This document shows, one piece after another, positions 49,164-61,700 of a DNA stretch of 64,000 nucleotides; positions within the stretch are counted from its first letter, which is position 1; the number at the start of each line of letters is the position of its first letter. Under the pieces are notes generated by a model, which saw nothing but the letters and a program-made list of their open reading frames with translations, was not told where the DNA came from and made no database searches. The DNA lies in assembly GCF_018350175.1 (NCBI RefSeq), contig NC_058369.1:5706001-5770000 (forward strand). Reading direction: 5' to 3'. Both the position numbers and the translations under genes were made by a program. The DNA comes from Felis catus. Its lineage: Eukaryota.

Positions 49164-51683
49164 CGGGCGCCTGGGTGACTCAGTCGGTTGAGCGTGTGAC
49201 TTCAGCTCAGGTCGTGATCTCGCAGGTCGTGCGTTCGAGCCCCGCATCAGGCTCACTGCTGGCAACCTGTCAGGGCAGAGCCCGCTTCAGATCCTCTGTC
49301 CCCACCCCCCTCTCCCTGCCCCTCCCCTGCTTCGTCTCTCTCTCAAAAAATAAATAAAAACCATTTAAAAAAAATTTTTTTTTTGCAACGTTTATTTTTA
49401 TTTTTGGGACAGAGAGAGACAGAGCATGAACGGGGGAGGGGCAGAGAGAGAGGGAGACACAGAATCGGAAACAAGCTCCAGGCTCTGAGCCATCAGCCCA
49501 GAGCCTGACGCGGGGCTCGAACTCCCAGACTGAGAGATCGTGACCTGGCTGAAGTCGGACGCTTAACCGACTGCGCCACCCAGGCGCCCCTAAAAACCAT
49601 TTTTAAAAAGTTAAAAGGTCCTCCCTGATGCCCCCAACTAAAACAGTCCAGTGACATCACTCTGCTTTTGGGCCTCCACATCACTGGCTGAAATTTCCTT
49701 GTTTGCTTGTCTGATAACCGTCTCTCCTGGTCTGGTTACCCATTATTGTCACCCCTAAACTTATTATGATCTCTCACAATTTGGGGGGTTGGTTGGGTTC
49801 AGCCGGATGGCTCTTGCCTGAAGTTGCTCATGTGGTCACAGTCAGGCTGGGACTGGAGTTACTTCCTGGGACGGATGCTGGCTGCTGGCTGGGGGCTCAG
49901 CTGTCCACGCCACCCTCCCGTGGCCTCTCCACGTGGCTAGGGCTTCCTCACATCATGGCGGCTGGTCCCAAGAGGGACCCAGTTAGGAGCCACATCACCG
50001 TGTATGACCCAGCCTTGTGGTGTGGTGTCATTTCCCCCTGTGCTCTCTTGGTTAAGGTGGACACGAAGTCCCGCCCAGCTTCAAGAGGAGGAGACCCGGA
50101 CCCCGGTTCTTGTCCGGGAGAGTCAAGTTCACACTGCAGACGAGCAAGTAACATGGTAGAGGTTGTGACAGCCGCTTGGGGGGAATACAGTCTGTCCCGT
50201 CGCCCCTGGAACCATCTCCAAGAGAGCAGCGTCCTTGTTCCAGTTGCTCACGGCTGTGTCCTCACACCCCGAAAGTGCACGCCACCTGCTTCGACTGAAA
50301 CATTGTAACGCTTTCCTGAAAAATCCTGTGTTCTGATAGCTCACATTTATTTCTATTTTTTTAAACAGATGTTTTTAGGATGTAGGCTAGTTCTTTTTAA
50401 AATTTTTTAATGTTTACTTATTTATTTTGGAGAGAGAGAGAGAGCACAAGCTGGAAGAGGGGCAGAGAGAGAGGGAGACACAGAATCGGAAGCAGGCTCC
50501 AGGCTCTGAGCGGTCAGCACGGAGCGTGATGCGGGGCTCGAACTCCCGAACCGTGAGATCATGACCTGAGCCGAAGTCAGACGCTTAACCGACTGAGCCC
50601 CCCAGGCGCCCCAAGAGATTCTTTTTAAAAAAATTTTTTTAAATGTTTATTTATTTATTCTGGAGACAGAGAGAAAGAGAGAGCACAAGCTGGAGGAGGG
50701 GCAGAGAGAGAGGGAGACACAGAATCCGAAGCAGGCTCCAGGCTCCAAGCTGTCAGCACAGAGCCCGACGCGGGGCTCGAACTCACGAACTGTGAGATCA
50801 TGACCTGAGCCGAAGTCGGATGCCCAGCTGACTGAGCCACCCAGGCGCCCCCGCAAAAGCTCACATTTAAAAAATACCAGGATATTATCTATATATTTGT
50901 TTATATGATATAAATAACATATTACTTACATTACAACAGGATATTACAATACATATATTAAATACAAACTAAATATTATACTTAATAATAGAAATAATTG
51001 GGGGGGAATGGGGTTGAAGGCAGAGGGCAGGACAACAAAGCACTTTGTGGCCAGAGCACTAAAAGAAGCATCTGGCATCCTGGTCAGACCCCTGCCCCAG
51101 GTGTCCTCTCCTGTCATGTGTGAGCGCCCTTCTCCAGGCTCGGACACAGGGTGCTGCCTCCTCCTTTGAGACAAAGGCATTCGCTTCTCAGAGAGGCCAC
51201 CTTTAACCCAGTTTAAATCTGACCCAGGCTGTGGATGTCTTCATTAATTTATTGCTTCAAACTAGGGCAAAATGTCTTTGCGGTGTCTTCACCTTGAAAA
51301 TTCCCCAGGCAAGAGACCAGAAGGTGTAGAAATTCCTGAAGCCCCAAGTCAACCACAGAATCCAGTCATGGAACCCAGCACGGAACCCAGCCACAGAATC
51401 CAGACGCTGCTTGCCCCGAAGGAAGGCATTTTCACAGCTCTTTTGTTCTGTCTTGTTTTTAGAGAGAGAGAGTGTGTGTGTGAGAGGGGGAGGGGGGCTG
51501 AGGGGCAGAGGGAGAGAGAGGAAGAGAGAGAGAATCCCAAGCAGGCCTCATGCTCAGTGCAGAGCCCGATGTGGGGCTCACTCCTCAATCCCACGCCCCT
51601 GCGATCATGACCTGAGCTGAAGTCAAAGTTGGACACTCAACTGATTGAGCCACCCAGGCACCCATAGTCTTTTTCTTTTCTTC

Positions 51684-51718
<35 letters not shown>

Positions 51719-51925
51719 GTTTTAAAGTTTGTTTGTTTGTTTGTTTGCTTGTTTTGAGAGAGACGGAGGGAGAGAGAGCGGCAGAGAGAAGAGAGACAGG
51801 CTTCCAAGCAGGCTCTGCACCCAGCTCGGAGCCGGATGCGGGGTTCGGACCCACAAACCGTGAGATCATGACCTGAGCGGAGGTCAGGAGTCGGCCGCTT
51901 AACCGCCTGAGCCACCCGGGTGCCC
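49164..51925. mobile_element. CanSINEs (49164-49370 +, 49375-49590 -, 50400-50612 -, 50635-50850 -, 51455-51663 -, 51745-51925 -) and an MLT1-family LTR (~49760-50195, -)
   Basis: SINE motifs; TSD taaaaaccattt; MLT1 motif tggcctctccacgtggctagggcttcctcacatcatggcggctgg. Confidence 0.85.
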
Positions 51926-52244
51926 CCAGACTTCCCTTTAATTGCACAAAAGTGCTGGGAAGAAAACGCGTGTGAACCGACACTTCTGGGTTATCCTGAC
52001 GTCCACCCTCTCCGCGTCCGTTCGACGCGTCCGTTCGAATGCACAAAACAAAGGACACGCGGAGAAGCTGGGGCCGTTGGCGACAGGGGCTGGATGGCCA
52101 GATGGGCCCGTGAGACTCCTTCCAGCTTCTCAGATGCGGCCCCGCTGCGCACGGATGCGAGACAGGTGTGGGTCCGCGGCTCCCCAGCTGGGCCCGCTCA
52201 GGCGAGCTGCCCCTTGTTTCATCATCTGTAAAACGCAGCCCCGA

Positions 52245-52617
52245 GACCGGCTCGGCGCGCCTGATCTGTGTGGCTGCTCAGAGCCCTGCAGGCAGAAGGG
52301 CCGGGCGCTCGGTCTGAGGCCGGGGAGTTGCCATCTGGAAAGCCCCCGCCCACTTTACTGAGCTATAATTGGCACATAGCACTGGGTGAGTTTCCCGGTG
52401 CGTGTGTTGATCTGATACACTTATAAATTGCAAAACGCTCACGCTGCCTCCACCGTGACACAAAGTTACCATGTCTTTCTTTGTGGTGAGAACGTTGAAG
52501 ATCTACTCCTTAGCAACAGTGGAGAATATGATACACTACTGTTCGTTATAATCCGCGCTGTCCATTAGATCCCCTGAGCTGTTACTTCTTTTTTCAATTA
52601 TTTTTTTAATGTTTCTT

Positions 52618-52649
<32 letters not shown>

Positions 52650-54045
52650 TCCCAAGCAGGCTCTGCACCCTCCGTGCGGAGCCCAGCAAGGGGGCTCGAT
52701 CTCGTGAACCTGGAGATCGTGACCTGAGCCAAAGTCAAGAGTCCCACGCTTAACTGACTGAGCTACCCAGGGGCCCCAGGGGCCCCTTTTCTGACCATTT
52801 TAGATTCCACACGTAAGTGAGATCATCCAGCATTTGTCTGTCCCTGACTCATTCCTCTCAGCATAACGCCTCTGTCTGGAAATTCTTAATCATTTCACTT
52901 TTGAACTTGGGCTTTTAAAGTGCAGTGGGTGGGGTAGTGGAGGCCCACCCCCTCACCCCCCCCCCCCCCGGGGAGCACAGAATCAAGGTGCACCTGCCCT
53001 GCCCTGTGTGCCTGGCTCAACATTCAAAGTGAGGTCAAGGGTCCAGGCTTGAGTAAGGGGAGGTGCTCACAGCCTCCGGGTCAACACTTTGCCTGGGAAC
53101 CAGAACCGGGCTCTAATTCTGAAAGCAAGCAATAGCGTTCCAAGAAACAGGCAAGAAACCCTGAGGTGACTTGCGTCACTGGTGGTGTTAGCCAACGACT
53201 TGCATGGTGACACAATAGAACAGAAGAGAGGGCAAGGTAGGCTCCCCTCTGCCGCCGGGCCCAGCGAGGGAAGGCGGAGCGTGTGGGCGGAAGGGGCCCC
53301 TGCAGCCTGGGGGGACTGGCCAGTGGCAGTTCCCACGGTCCTGGCCAGAATGTGGTGGGAGGCACCGTCACCCTCCCTCCGTCCGGGCACCCAACTCCAC
53401 AGTGTAGTGGATCTCACGAACAAGTGGCATGCTTTCTTATATTTGCATTTAAAAATAATTATGTTGAAGGGGCACCTGGGTGGCTCAGTCGGTTAAGCAG
53501 CCAACTTGGGCTCCGGTCATGATCTTATGGGTTCGTGAGTTCGAGCCCCGAGTCGGGCTCTGTGCTCACAGCTTAGAGCCTGGAGCTTGTTTCAAATTCT
53601 GTGTCTCCTTCCCTCTCTGCCCCTCCCCTGCTCATGCTCTCTCTCTCTCTCTCTCAAAAATAAATAAACACAGGGGAAAAAAAGGAATTCAACATTTTGA
53701 TTGCTTGTTACTTAGAATGACATGGGAAATGCCAGATACCGTAAGTCAAAGAGGAAGCTAGGGAAAAAAGGGAAAACTTTGTATTTCCTCTTTTTTTTTG
53801 TTTTTAATGATTATTTATTCTTGAGAGAGGGAGAGACAGAGTGCAAGCGGGCTTCAGGCTCTGAGCTGTCGGCGGGCCCGACGGGGGGCTCGAACCCACA
53901 AACCATGAGATCGTGACCTGAGCAGAGGATATCAAGAGTCGGACGCTTAGCTGAGCCGCTCAGGTGCCCCTTCGGTTTGTTTTTTTAGCAAAGAACCCCA
54001 CATTTGCTATCACGCTGGGACCTGCACGTTATGTAGCCCGCTTCG
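52245..54045 (+). mobile_element. MER45B-like hAT-Tip100 DNA transposon, interrupted by an L1 3' fragment (52342-52874, -, TSD tctggaaa) and CanSINEs
   Basis: gaaattcttaat...gaaccagaac...aatagcgttccaagaaaca...ttagccaac...cttatatttgcatttaaaa...ttacttagaatgaca...ttatgtagcc match the recalled MER45B consensus. TSD at 52334-52341 and 52875-52882. Confidence 0.75.
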
Positions 54046-54700
54046 TGTAGAGCCTAGTGGGGGCCTAGGGCCCTAGCGTGTAGAGCCCGCTTAGTGGGGT
54101 TGCAAATGATCACGTGGTGCTTGGCCCACCGCAGGGCTTCCGCGAAGGTGAGGCCTGCCATCATCTCCTTCTCCTCTCTGTCGCCCAGCCCTGTGCTCTC
54201 AGCTCACCCACGGCCAGCTCACGGACTCCTCTCCTCACTGGCCAGTCCAGCCTCCCTGACCCCCCGAGACCCCTACACCAACCCTGCCTGCCACACCTTA
54301 ACCTCACTCTGTCACTGGGCCCTCTGTTCCTACCTCCGTTCGGCCAGCCGTCCCACGGCGGCTCCAAGGGGCACGGTCTGGGTTGGCTGGTCCCCAGCCC
54401 TGTCCCTCATCGGTTTCTTCTCCCCTTTGCTCACCTCACTGCCCCCTCCCCGCTGAAATCTCACCAGCTCTTGGCCTGGACCCCCAAAGTGAAAAGCAGC
54501 CTGGTATCCCTCTTCCCGTTAGCAGCCAATCTGCTAACAGAGGAGGCCCTGCCCTCCACAGGCCATCACCAGCCACCCTCTACGGCACCCGGGACCCCTT
54601 AACCGCTACAGTCACCGGCCAGGCTCAGCAGCCTTGACTTCTTGCAGCACTCGGCCTTGCTGACCAACTGTCTGGACTCTCTGAAATCCTTTTGTCTCAA

Positions 54701-55149
54701 TGTGTACCCAGATTTGTTTCAACCAGGGATGGCCAGACACACAGAAACCGGAAGGAAGGGGTCCCCTAGGAGCAGGAGGTAGGGCATGGCCCCCACGGGG
54801 CCCCAGGGGGAAGCCCCAGGCTGCGGCAGGGGGCAGAGGGAGTGAGGGGAAACCATAAGAGAGAGCCTTTACTGTGGTTTCTGTGGGAAAAGCAAGACAG
54901 GGTGGGGTAAGATTTAGGACTTGGTAGTTTGAATAATTTCAGTGGACTCCAGAGGGTAGGTGTTATCCTTAGTTGGGGGTGGTTGGGCGGGGGAATATTG
55001 GCCCCAGGGCAGAGCCTGTGAGGAAGGGAAATTGTGCCCTATTTCTAGGAATTAGCTAACCCTGGGAGGGACAGTGTCTCCGGGATCAGCAACGCCCCAG
55101 GATGGTAAAGCCCCAGAAAATACAGAATATGAAGAGGCATGGTTAACAC
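54701..55149 (-). mobile_element. MER76-like ERVL LTR
   Basis: Reverse complement begins tgtgttaaccatg...ttctgtattttctgggg...ggggcgttgctgatccc...ccctcccagggttagctaattcctagaaatag. Confidence 0.75.
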
Positions 55150-55819
55150 AGTCTTTCACCTCATAACCCCACACACCCTTTTCTCCGTATCTCTGCACTT
55201 GTCCCCCATGGCGGTCCCTCGCTGTCTGTCCCCCGGCCCTGACTCATCCATCCATCCCGTGCCTTCTGTCTCCCTCTTGTCTCTGCGTGCAGCCGGGCTT
55301 CTCAGAGCCCCTCTCGGCTCCCCCCACCCCTGCCGGCTCTCATCCACTCCATCAGCAAATGCTCTAGAGCAGGGTCCCTGCCCCAGGGAGTTCGCAGCCC
55401 CTGAGGCTTCAGACACTTGACACGGGTTTCTCGTTTTTGAACCAGCTTCCTCCCCGGTGCTTCTGACTCAGCACCCCGTCCCGTGCCCACCTGCCACCGA
55501 GCAGCCAGGGAGACGGCTCTGGAGGCTTCGATAGTCGCTCATCCCAGAGGCTTTCCTACAGCCCTCCAGGGAGCTCACCCTTCTTGTTGTTGTCTTTCTG
55601 GTTCTTCTTCAGCAAGCCCACCCTTCCTAGCTGGAGACGCAAAGCCCCTCTGGAGCTGAACTTGCTGGCCTTTGGGATCATTTGCTCATTTCTTCCGCGT
55701 GGGCTTTTTTGTTTTTAATTGTGAAGGGGGGAGGGGCAGAGAGAGAGGGAGATAGAGGATCTGAAGCGGGGTCTGCTTCGTGGGGGGGGGCTTTCCTTTA
55801 TGGTCTTAAGCACCCGGGT

Positions 55820-55821
<2 letters not shown>

Positions 55822-55864
<43 letters not shown>
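55822..55864. repeat. (CA)n microsatellite
   Basis: Read directly from the sequence. Confidence 0.97.
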
Positions 55865-55866
<2 letters not shown>

Positions 55867-56289
55867 TTCCTGCTTCTCAAGCACACACTGGGCACTTGTC
55901 TGTCTCAAGGTCACGCCCCCTCGTTGTCCTCTCTGATATCAAGGAGCAAAGTTTGAAAAGACACCCCGTGGAGGCTGCTGCTGGAGACCCGGCCCCCCGC
56001 CAGCCCCTGGGAACAGCCCGGGGGAGGGCAGTTAGGCTCCAACCAGAAACCTGGGAACCACAGGCGCCTTTGGGGGAATATCTCCTGCACATAAACTTGC
56101 ATACGCGAGGGACTTCACACGAGGTGATTTCAGGCTGTGTCCTTTGTTGTAGCAAAACCTAAACGCCGGGCAATCAAGGGCCAGCTAAATAAAAGCAGTG
56201 GCCCCCCTCCGCAAAAAACGGGACCCTGCTTGGCTGTCACGTGAGAGGAGGCAGGTCAAGGCTGACCAATCAAGCAGTCTATTTATGTA

Positions 56290-57283
56290 TTTTTTTTAAG
56301 TTTATTTATTTTTATTTATTTAAAAATGTTTAAGTTTATTTATTTATTTTGAGAGCGAGGGAGAGAGAGAGAATCCCAAGCAGGCTCTATGCCCAGCAGA
56401 GCAAAGCCCGATGCGGGGCTCAATCCCGCAACCGTGAGATCATGACCCGAGCCGAAATCAAGAATCCCACGCTTAACCGACTGAGCCACCCAGGTGCCTC
56501 TAAAGACTTGACTTCATTTATTTAAGTTTTTGTTTTAATTTTTAAAAATGTTTATTTATTGTTAAGAAAGAGAGAGAGCAGGGGAGGGGCAGTGAGAGAA
56601 GGGGACAGAGGATCCAAAGCAGGCTCCGCAACAAACAAACCCTCACAAACCGTGAGATCATGACCTGAGCTGAAGTCTGACGCTTAACCGCCTGAGCCAC
56701 CCAGGCGCCCCTAGAGATTTTATTTATTTTTATTTTTATTTTTACTGTTTATTTCTGCAGAGAGAGAGAGAGAGAGACAGAGTGCAAGCAGGGAAGGGGC
56801 AGAGAGAGAGGGGGAGACACAGAATGCAAAGCAGGCTCCGGGCTCTGAGCTGTCAGCACAGAGCCTGATGTGGGGCTCAAACTCACGAATTGTGAGATCA
56901 TGACCTGAGCTGAAGTCTGACGCTTAACCGACTGAGCCACCCAGGTGCCCCTAGAGATTTTATTTATTTATTTACTTATTTTTATTTATTAATTTTTTTT
57001 TACTGTTTATTTATTTCTTCAGAGAGAGAGAGAGAGACAGAGTGCAAGCAGGGGAGGGGCAGAGAGAGGGGGAGACACAGAATCCAAAGGAGGCTCCAGG
57101 CTCTGAGCTGTCAGCACAGAGCCCGACGTGGGGCTCGAACTCACAATCCTGAAATCAAGAGTCAACTCTCCACCGACTGAGTGCCCCTATTTTTATTTTA
57201 ATTATCTGTACACCGCGGGGCTTGAACGCAAAACCTCAAAATCAAGTCCGGTGCTCTTCCGGCTGAGGCAGCCAGGAGACCCC
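56290..57283 (-). mobile_element. Tandem array of five minus-strand CanSINEs
   Basis: 56290-56500, 56545-56711, 56740-56950, 56995-57186, 57190-57283. Confidence 0.9.
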
Positions 57284-57499
57284 AAAACAGTGTAGACGTA
57301 CGGTGCTGTGATGAATGCACGATCGGTGTTGGCCTTTTCTCTTTACATGTCCTGAAATGCTCATCACATTCCTATGTAGGAAGTGGGTGCTGCATTTCTC
57401 CCCACTTTAGGACAAGGAAGGAAACGGGGGTGGCATCGAAGGGTTAGATGACGAGCCTGGATTCATGGAAATAATAATGCAAATAATCCCTGTGCTAGG

Positions 57500-58300
57500 A
57501 CATGTCGGTCTGCTGACTTGGAAGGATGTCCAACATCCGTCATTCACTTCAAAAGCAAGGAACGTATTTGTGACGTGTGAATTCATGTTTGGGGAAAGCT
57601 GAGTGGATTCAGGAACTCTCTTCACCATCTTTGCACCTTTTCTGTAGACCGGCAACTATTCCAAAATAAAGAGTTTGTTAGGAAGAAAAAAATGTCTCTA
57701 AGAGTCGCTTGGGCGTCCACATTCAGAAGCCACCTAACAAAACGTGGTCCATCCACACAATGGACTATCACTCAGCCTTGAAAAGGAGGGGCGTTCTGAC
57801 CCCAGCTGCGTGGATGAACTTCGAGAACGTTATGTTCCGTGAAATAAATGAAAGTCACATATGAACAAGTGTTGTATGATTCCACTTCCATGAGGTCCCT
57901 GGAGGAGTGACATCCATAGGGACAGAAAGCAGACCGTGGGAGCCAGCGGCTGGAGGAGCAGCCTGTGGTGGTCGTGTTTAATGGGGAGAGTTTCAGTGCC
58001 GCAAGATGAAAAGCATCCTGGAAATGGATGCTGTCGATCGTTGCACAACAGCGTGAATGTGCTCAGTGCCACTGACCTGGACACTTAAAAAGTGTTCTGC
58101 AGGGGGCACCTGGGTGGCTGAGTCAGTTGAGCGTCCAACTTCGGTTCCGGTCATGATCTCGCGGTTCATGAGTTCGAGCCCCGCGGCGGGCTCTGTGCTG
58201 ACAGCTCAGAGCCTGGAGCCGGCTTCCGATTCTGTGTCTCCCTCTCTCTCTGCCTCTCCTCCCCCACCTCTTGCAAATAAATAAATACTAAAAAAAACAA
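57500..58300 (+). mobile_element. L1M 3'UTR fragments and a CanSINE (58102-58300)
   Basis: ggaactctc...tattccaaaataaa; tggatgaacttcgagaacgttatg...tgtatgattccactt...agtttcagt...gatgaaaag. Confidence 0.8.
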
Positions 58301-58722
58301 AAAAAACCTTTTTTTTTTTAATGTTCTTCATGCCCTAGTGCTGGCTCCATTCCAGGAGCCTGGGTCAATATTTGTCAATGCCATTATCTACCAGGGCATC
58401 AGTGGGGCCGTCCTTGGCTGAGGCTGCCAGGGGGCTGCGGGACAGATGGGGCTGACTTCCTGCCTGGGGCCACGCAGTCTCCGCACAGGGCTGCGCTCAC
58501 GGCCAGACCACTTTGCCGCTTGTAGATTTTCCATTAATCTTTCTCCCCAGGATGGTTTTGACTTCCAGGGGCCTGCGGGGGTCACTTGCTAGAACCCCCA
58601 CTTTGTCCATTTTGGGGGTGGATGTTTCAGGAAGGCAACCAACATGTATCCAAAACTTTAATAAATGGCCTTTGACCCAGAAATTCTACTTTTAGGTTTC
58701 AATCTTGAGAAAAAAAAGACTC

Positions 58723-61700
58723 GGGGCGCCTGGGTGGCTCAGTCAGTTAGGCGTCCGACTTCAGCTCAGGTCACGGTCTCGCGGTCCGTGAGTTCGAGCC
58801 CCACGTCGGGCTCTGGGCTGATGGCTCAGAGCCTGGAGCCTGCTTCTGATTCTGTGTCTCCCTCTCTCTCTGCCCCTCCCCTGTTCATGCTCTGTCTCTC
58901 TCTGTCTCAAAAATAAATAAACGTTTAAAAAAATTTTTTTAAAGAAAAAAAAGACTTAAAGTTTTAGCAACATATATAATATATACAGTAATATATAACA
59001 TATATATATTATATTATATACATACAGCATGTTTATATTGACATGTCCCATATATACATAAAATATATATGTAGTGAAGTTATATGGCTATATATAATTA
59101 TAATAATATGTACACAATATAGTTATATATAAAAATACAGTTAAATATATATATATAATAACAACAGTAATGAATCAGAAGCCACATAAATGTCCAATAC
59201 TAGAATATTGGTTAAATATATAATGCTTTGGCCATGTAAGGGAGTACTATATGATCGTTAAAAAAAGATGAGGGGCATCTGGGTGGCTCAGTCAGTTAAG
59301 TGTCTGACTCTTGATTTCAGCTCCGGTCACGATCCCAGAGTCGTGGATGGGATTGAGCCCTGCATAGGGCTCTGCACTGAGAGCACGGTACCTGCTTGGG
59401 ATTCTCTCTCTCTCTCCCTCTCTCTCTCTGCCCCTCCCCTGCTAGCTCTTTCCCAAAAATAAAGAAATAAACTAAAAAAAAAAAAAAAAGAAAGAAAAGA
59501 AAAGAAGAAGAAAGGATGGGGTGAAAACTGCTATACTGAAGGCTATTGCCAACCCCTTCCTTGCTGGGTTCGAAGAAAGCCAGGGGTACGCCCCCCACCA
59601 CCCCCACCCCCACCCCCACTCCAGGAAACGGGGAGTCCTTTTTGGAGAAATCAAATGGTCCCAGAGAAAAGATCTATAAGAGACTGACATGTGGGGATGA
59701 GGAGCTTACCTTCAACGAAACTCCCCACCAACATGAACCCCTTGCCATCAGTTCAGCTCCTGGGCCTCACATTCAAATACACGATTTAGGTGAAACTTCA
59801 AAATGAAAGGCAGAAACCAGAACAAACCTGGGAAAAACCAACTTGGGAATATTTTTAAACATGCCAAGAGGGGGAGAAAAAAGTAATACAGCCCCACCAT
59901 TATCTTCAGAGAAATAGGCGAAGATATAACGATTAGATCAATAACGTAAGAACAGAATGCTGTTTTAAAAAAAAAGGGGGGGGGATGGGGCGCCTGGGTG
60001 GCGCAGTCGGTTAAGCGTCCGACTTCAGCCAGGTCACGATCTCGCGGTCCGTGGGTTCGAGCCCCGCGTCTGGCTCTGGGCTGATGGCTCGGAGCCTGGA
60101 GCCTGTTTCCGATTCTGTGTCTCCCTCTCTCTCTGCCCCTCCCCCGTTCATGCTCTGTCTCTCTCTGTCCCAAAAATAAATAAAAAAAAGTTGAAAAAAA
60201 ATTAAAAAAAAAAAGGGGGGGCACCTAGGTGGCTCAGTGGGCTAAGCGTCTGACTTCGGCTCAGGTCGTGATCTCACGGTTCGTGAGTTCGAGCCCCACA
60301 TCTGGCATTTTGCTGACAGTGCGGACCCTGCTTGGGATCCCCTCTCTCTGTCCTTCCCCTGCTCCTGCTAACTCTCAAATGCCCCTTCTGAGTCAAACAA
60401 ACACCAAAATGCCAGTGGAGACAGGACGAAACGAGAGCTAAAGATAACACAAAACCATCTGGGTCAGTGTAAAACACGTGCACATAGGACAATATTCATC
60501 TGGCAGCATTAGGAACAAAGTAAAAGGTACACACCAAATTCTCTACAAGAATACCATTGGGATTCTCCAATGCAAGAGATAAAGCAAGTCAACCACAAGA
60601 AAAGAGCACTTGAGCCTACCCTCTCTAGAACCTTTTCATGGTCCCGCCTCCACCCGCTGGCCAACCTCTCTTCCCCAAACCCACCATCAATGTCAAAGGG
60701 CAATGCCTTGAATGACAGACCCAAGAGGGAACTTGTAAACTATTTAGAACACAGTGAAAAGAGCACCGTCTTTTTTTGCCCTTAAAGACTTTATTTTTAA
60801 ATCTCTACACCCAATGGGGGGCTCGAACTCACAACCTCGAGATCAAGAGTCACATGTTCTACTGACTGCGTTAGCCGGGCACCCCTGAAAAGAACATTTT
60901 AAACAGTCAGAGTAGAAAAACAAACAAGATTAGGGAGATAAGGTCTCAGTGTAAGTGTAAACGGTTAAACATGAGAAGGTACATGCAGCTCTGGGCAACA
61001 TTCGGAAAAACCTAGAAGGAAATGAATGATCGCTGAGAAAAATGCACATTGGGATCACTTGCCCCAAGCGGAACATCCGATGAGGACAACCATGCTGTAG
61101 AAAAATACAGAAAACTCCCCGATGCATCTTTGACTTCATTTTATGAATTCAATTTCATGTCTCGAGTTCTAAATGACAGGACAGAAGAGCACAGATCAAT
61201 CTCACTTAAGAACATAGAAAAATGTGGGGCACCCAGGTGGCTCAGTCGGTTAAGCATTGACTTTGGCTCAGGTCATGATCTCATGGTTCGTGGGCTCGAG
61301 CCCCACATTGGGCTCTGTGCTGACAGCTCGGAGCCTGGAACCTGCTTCCGATTCTGTGTCTCCCTCTCTCTCTGCTCCTCCCCCACTCCTGCTGTCTCTC
61401 TCTGAGCACCCAGGTGGCTCAGTCGGTTAAGCATTGACTTTGGCTCAGGTCATTATCTCGCGGTTCATGGTGCGAAGTCAGCTTGGGATTGTGTCTCCGG
61501 CTCTCGCTGCCCCTCCCCCACTCGCAATTTCCCCCTCCCTCAACATAAATAAATAAACTTAAAAAAAATAGCAAAATTCTGAAGGTTGCCAGATATTGTC
61601 ATTTGATAGTAATGTACCAAAAAAAGAGTAGGAAATGGTCAGCTTTATTTCCAGATTCCAGAGAGGTCCAATAAAAAGCATTCTATCAAATGAGGAAAAC

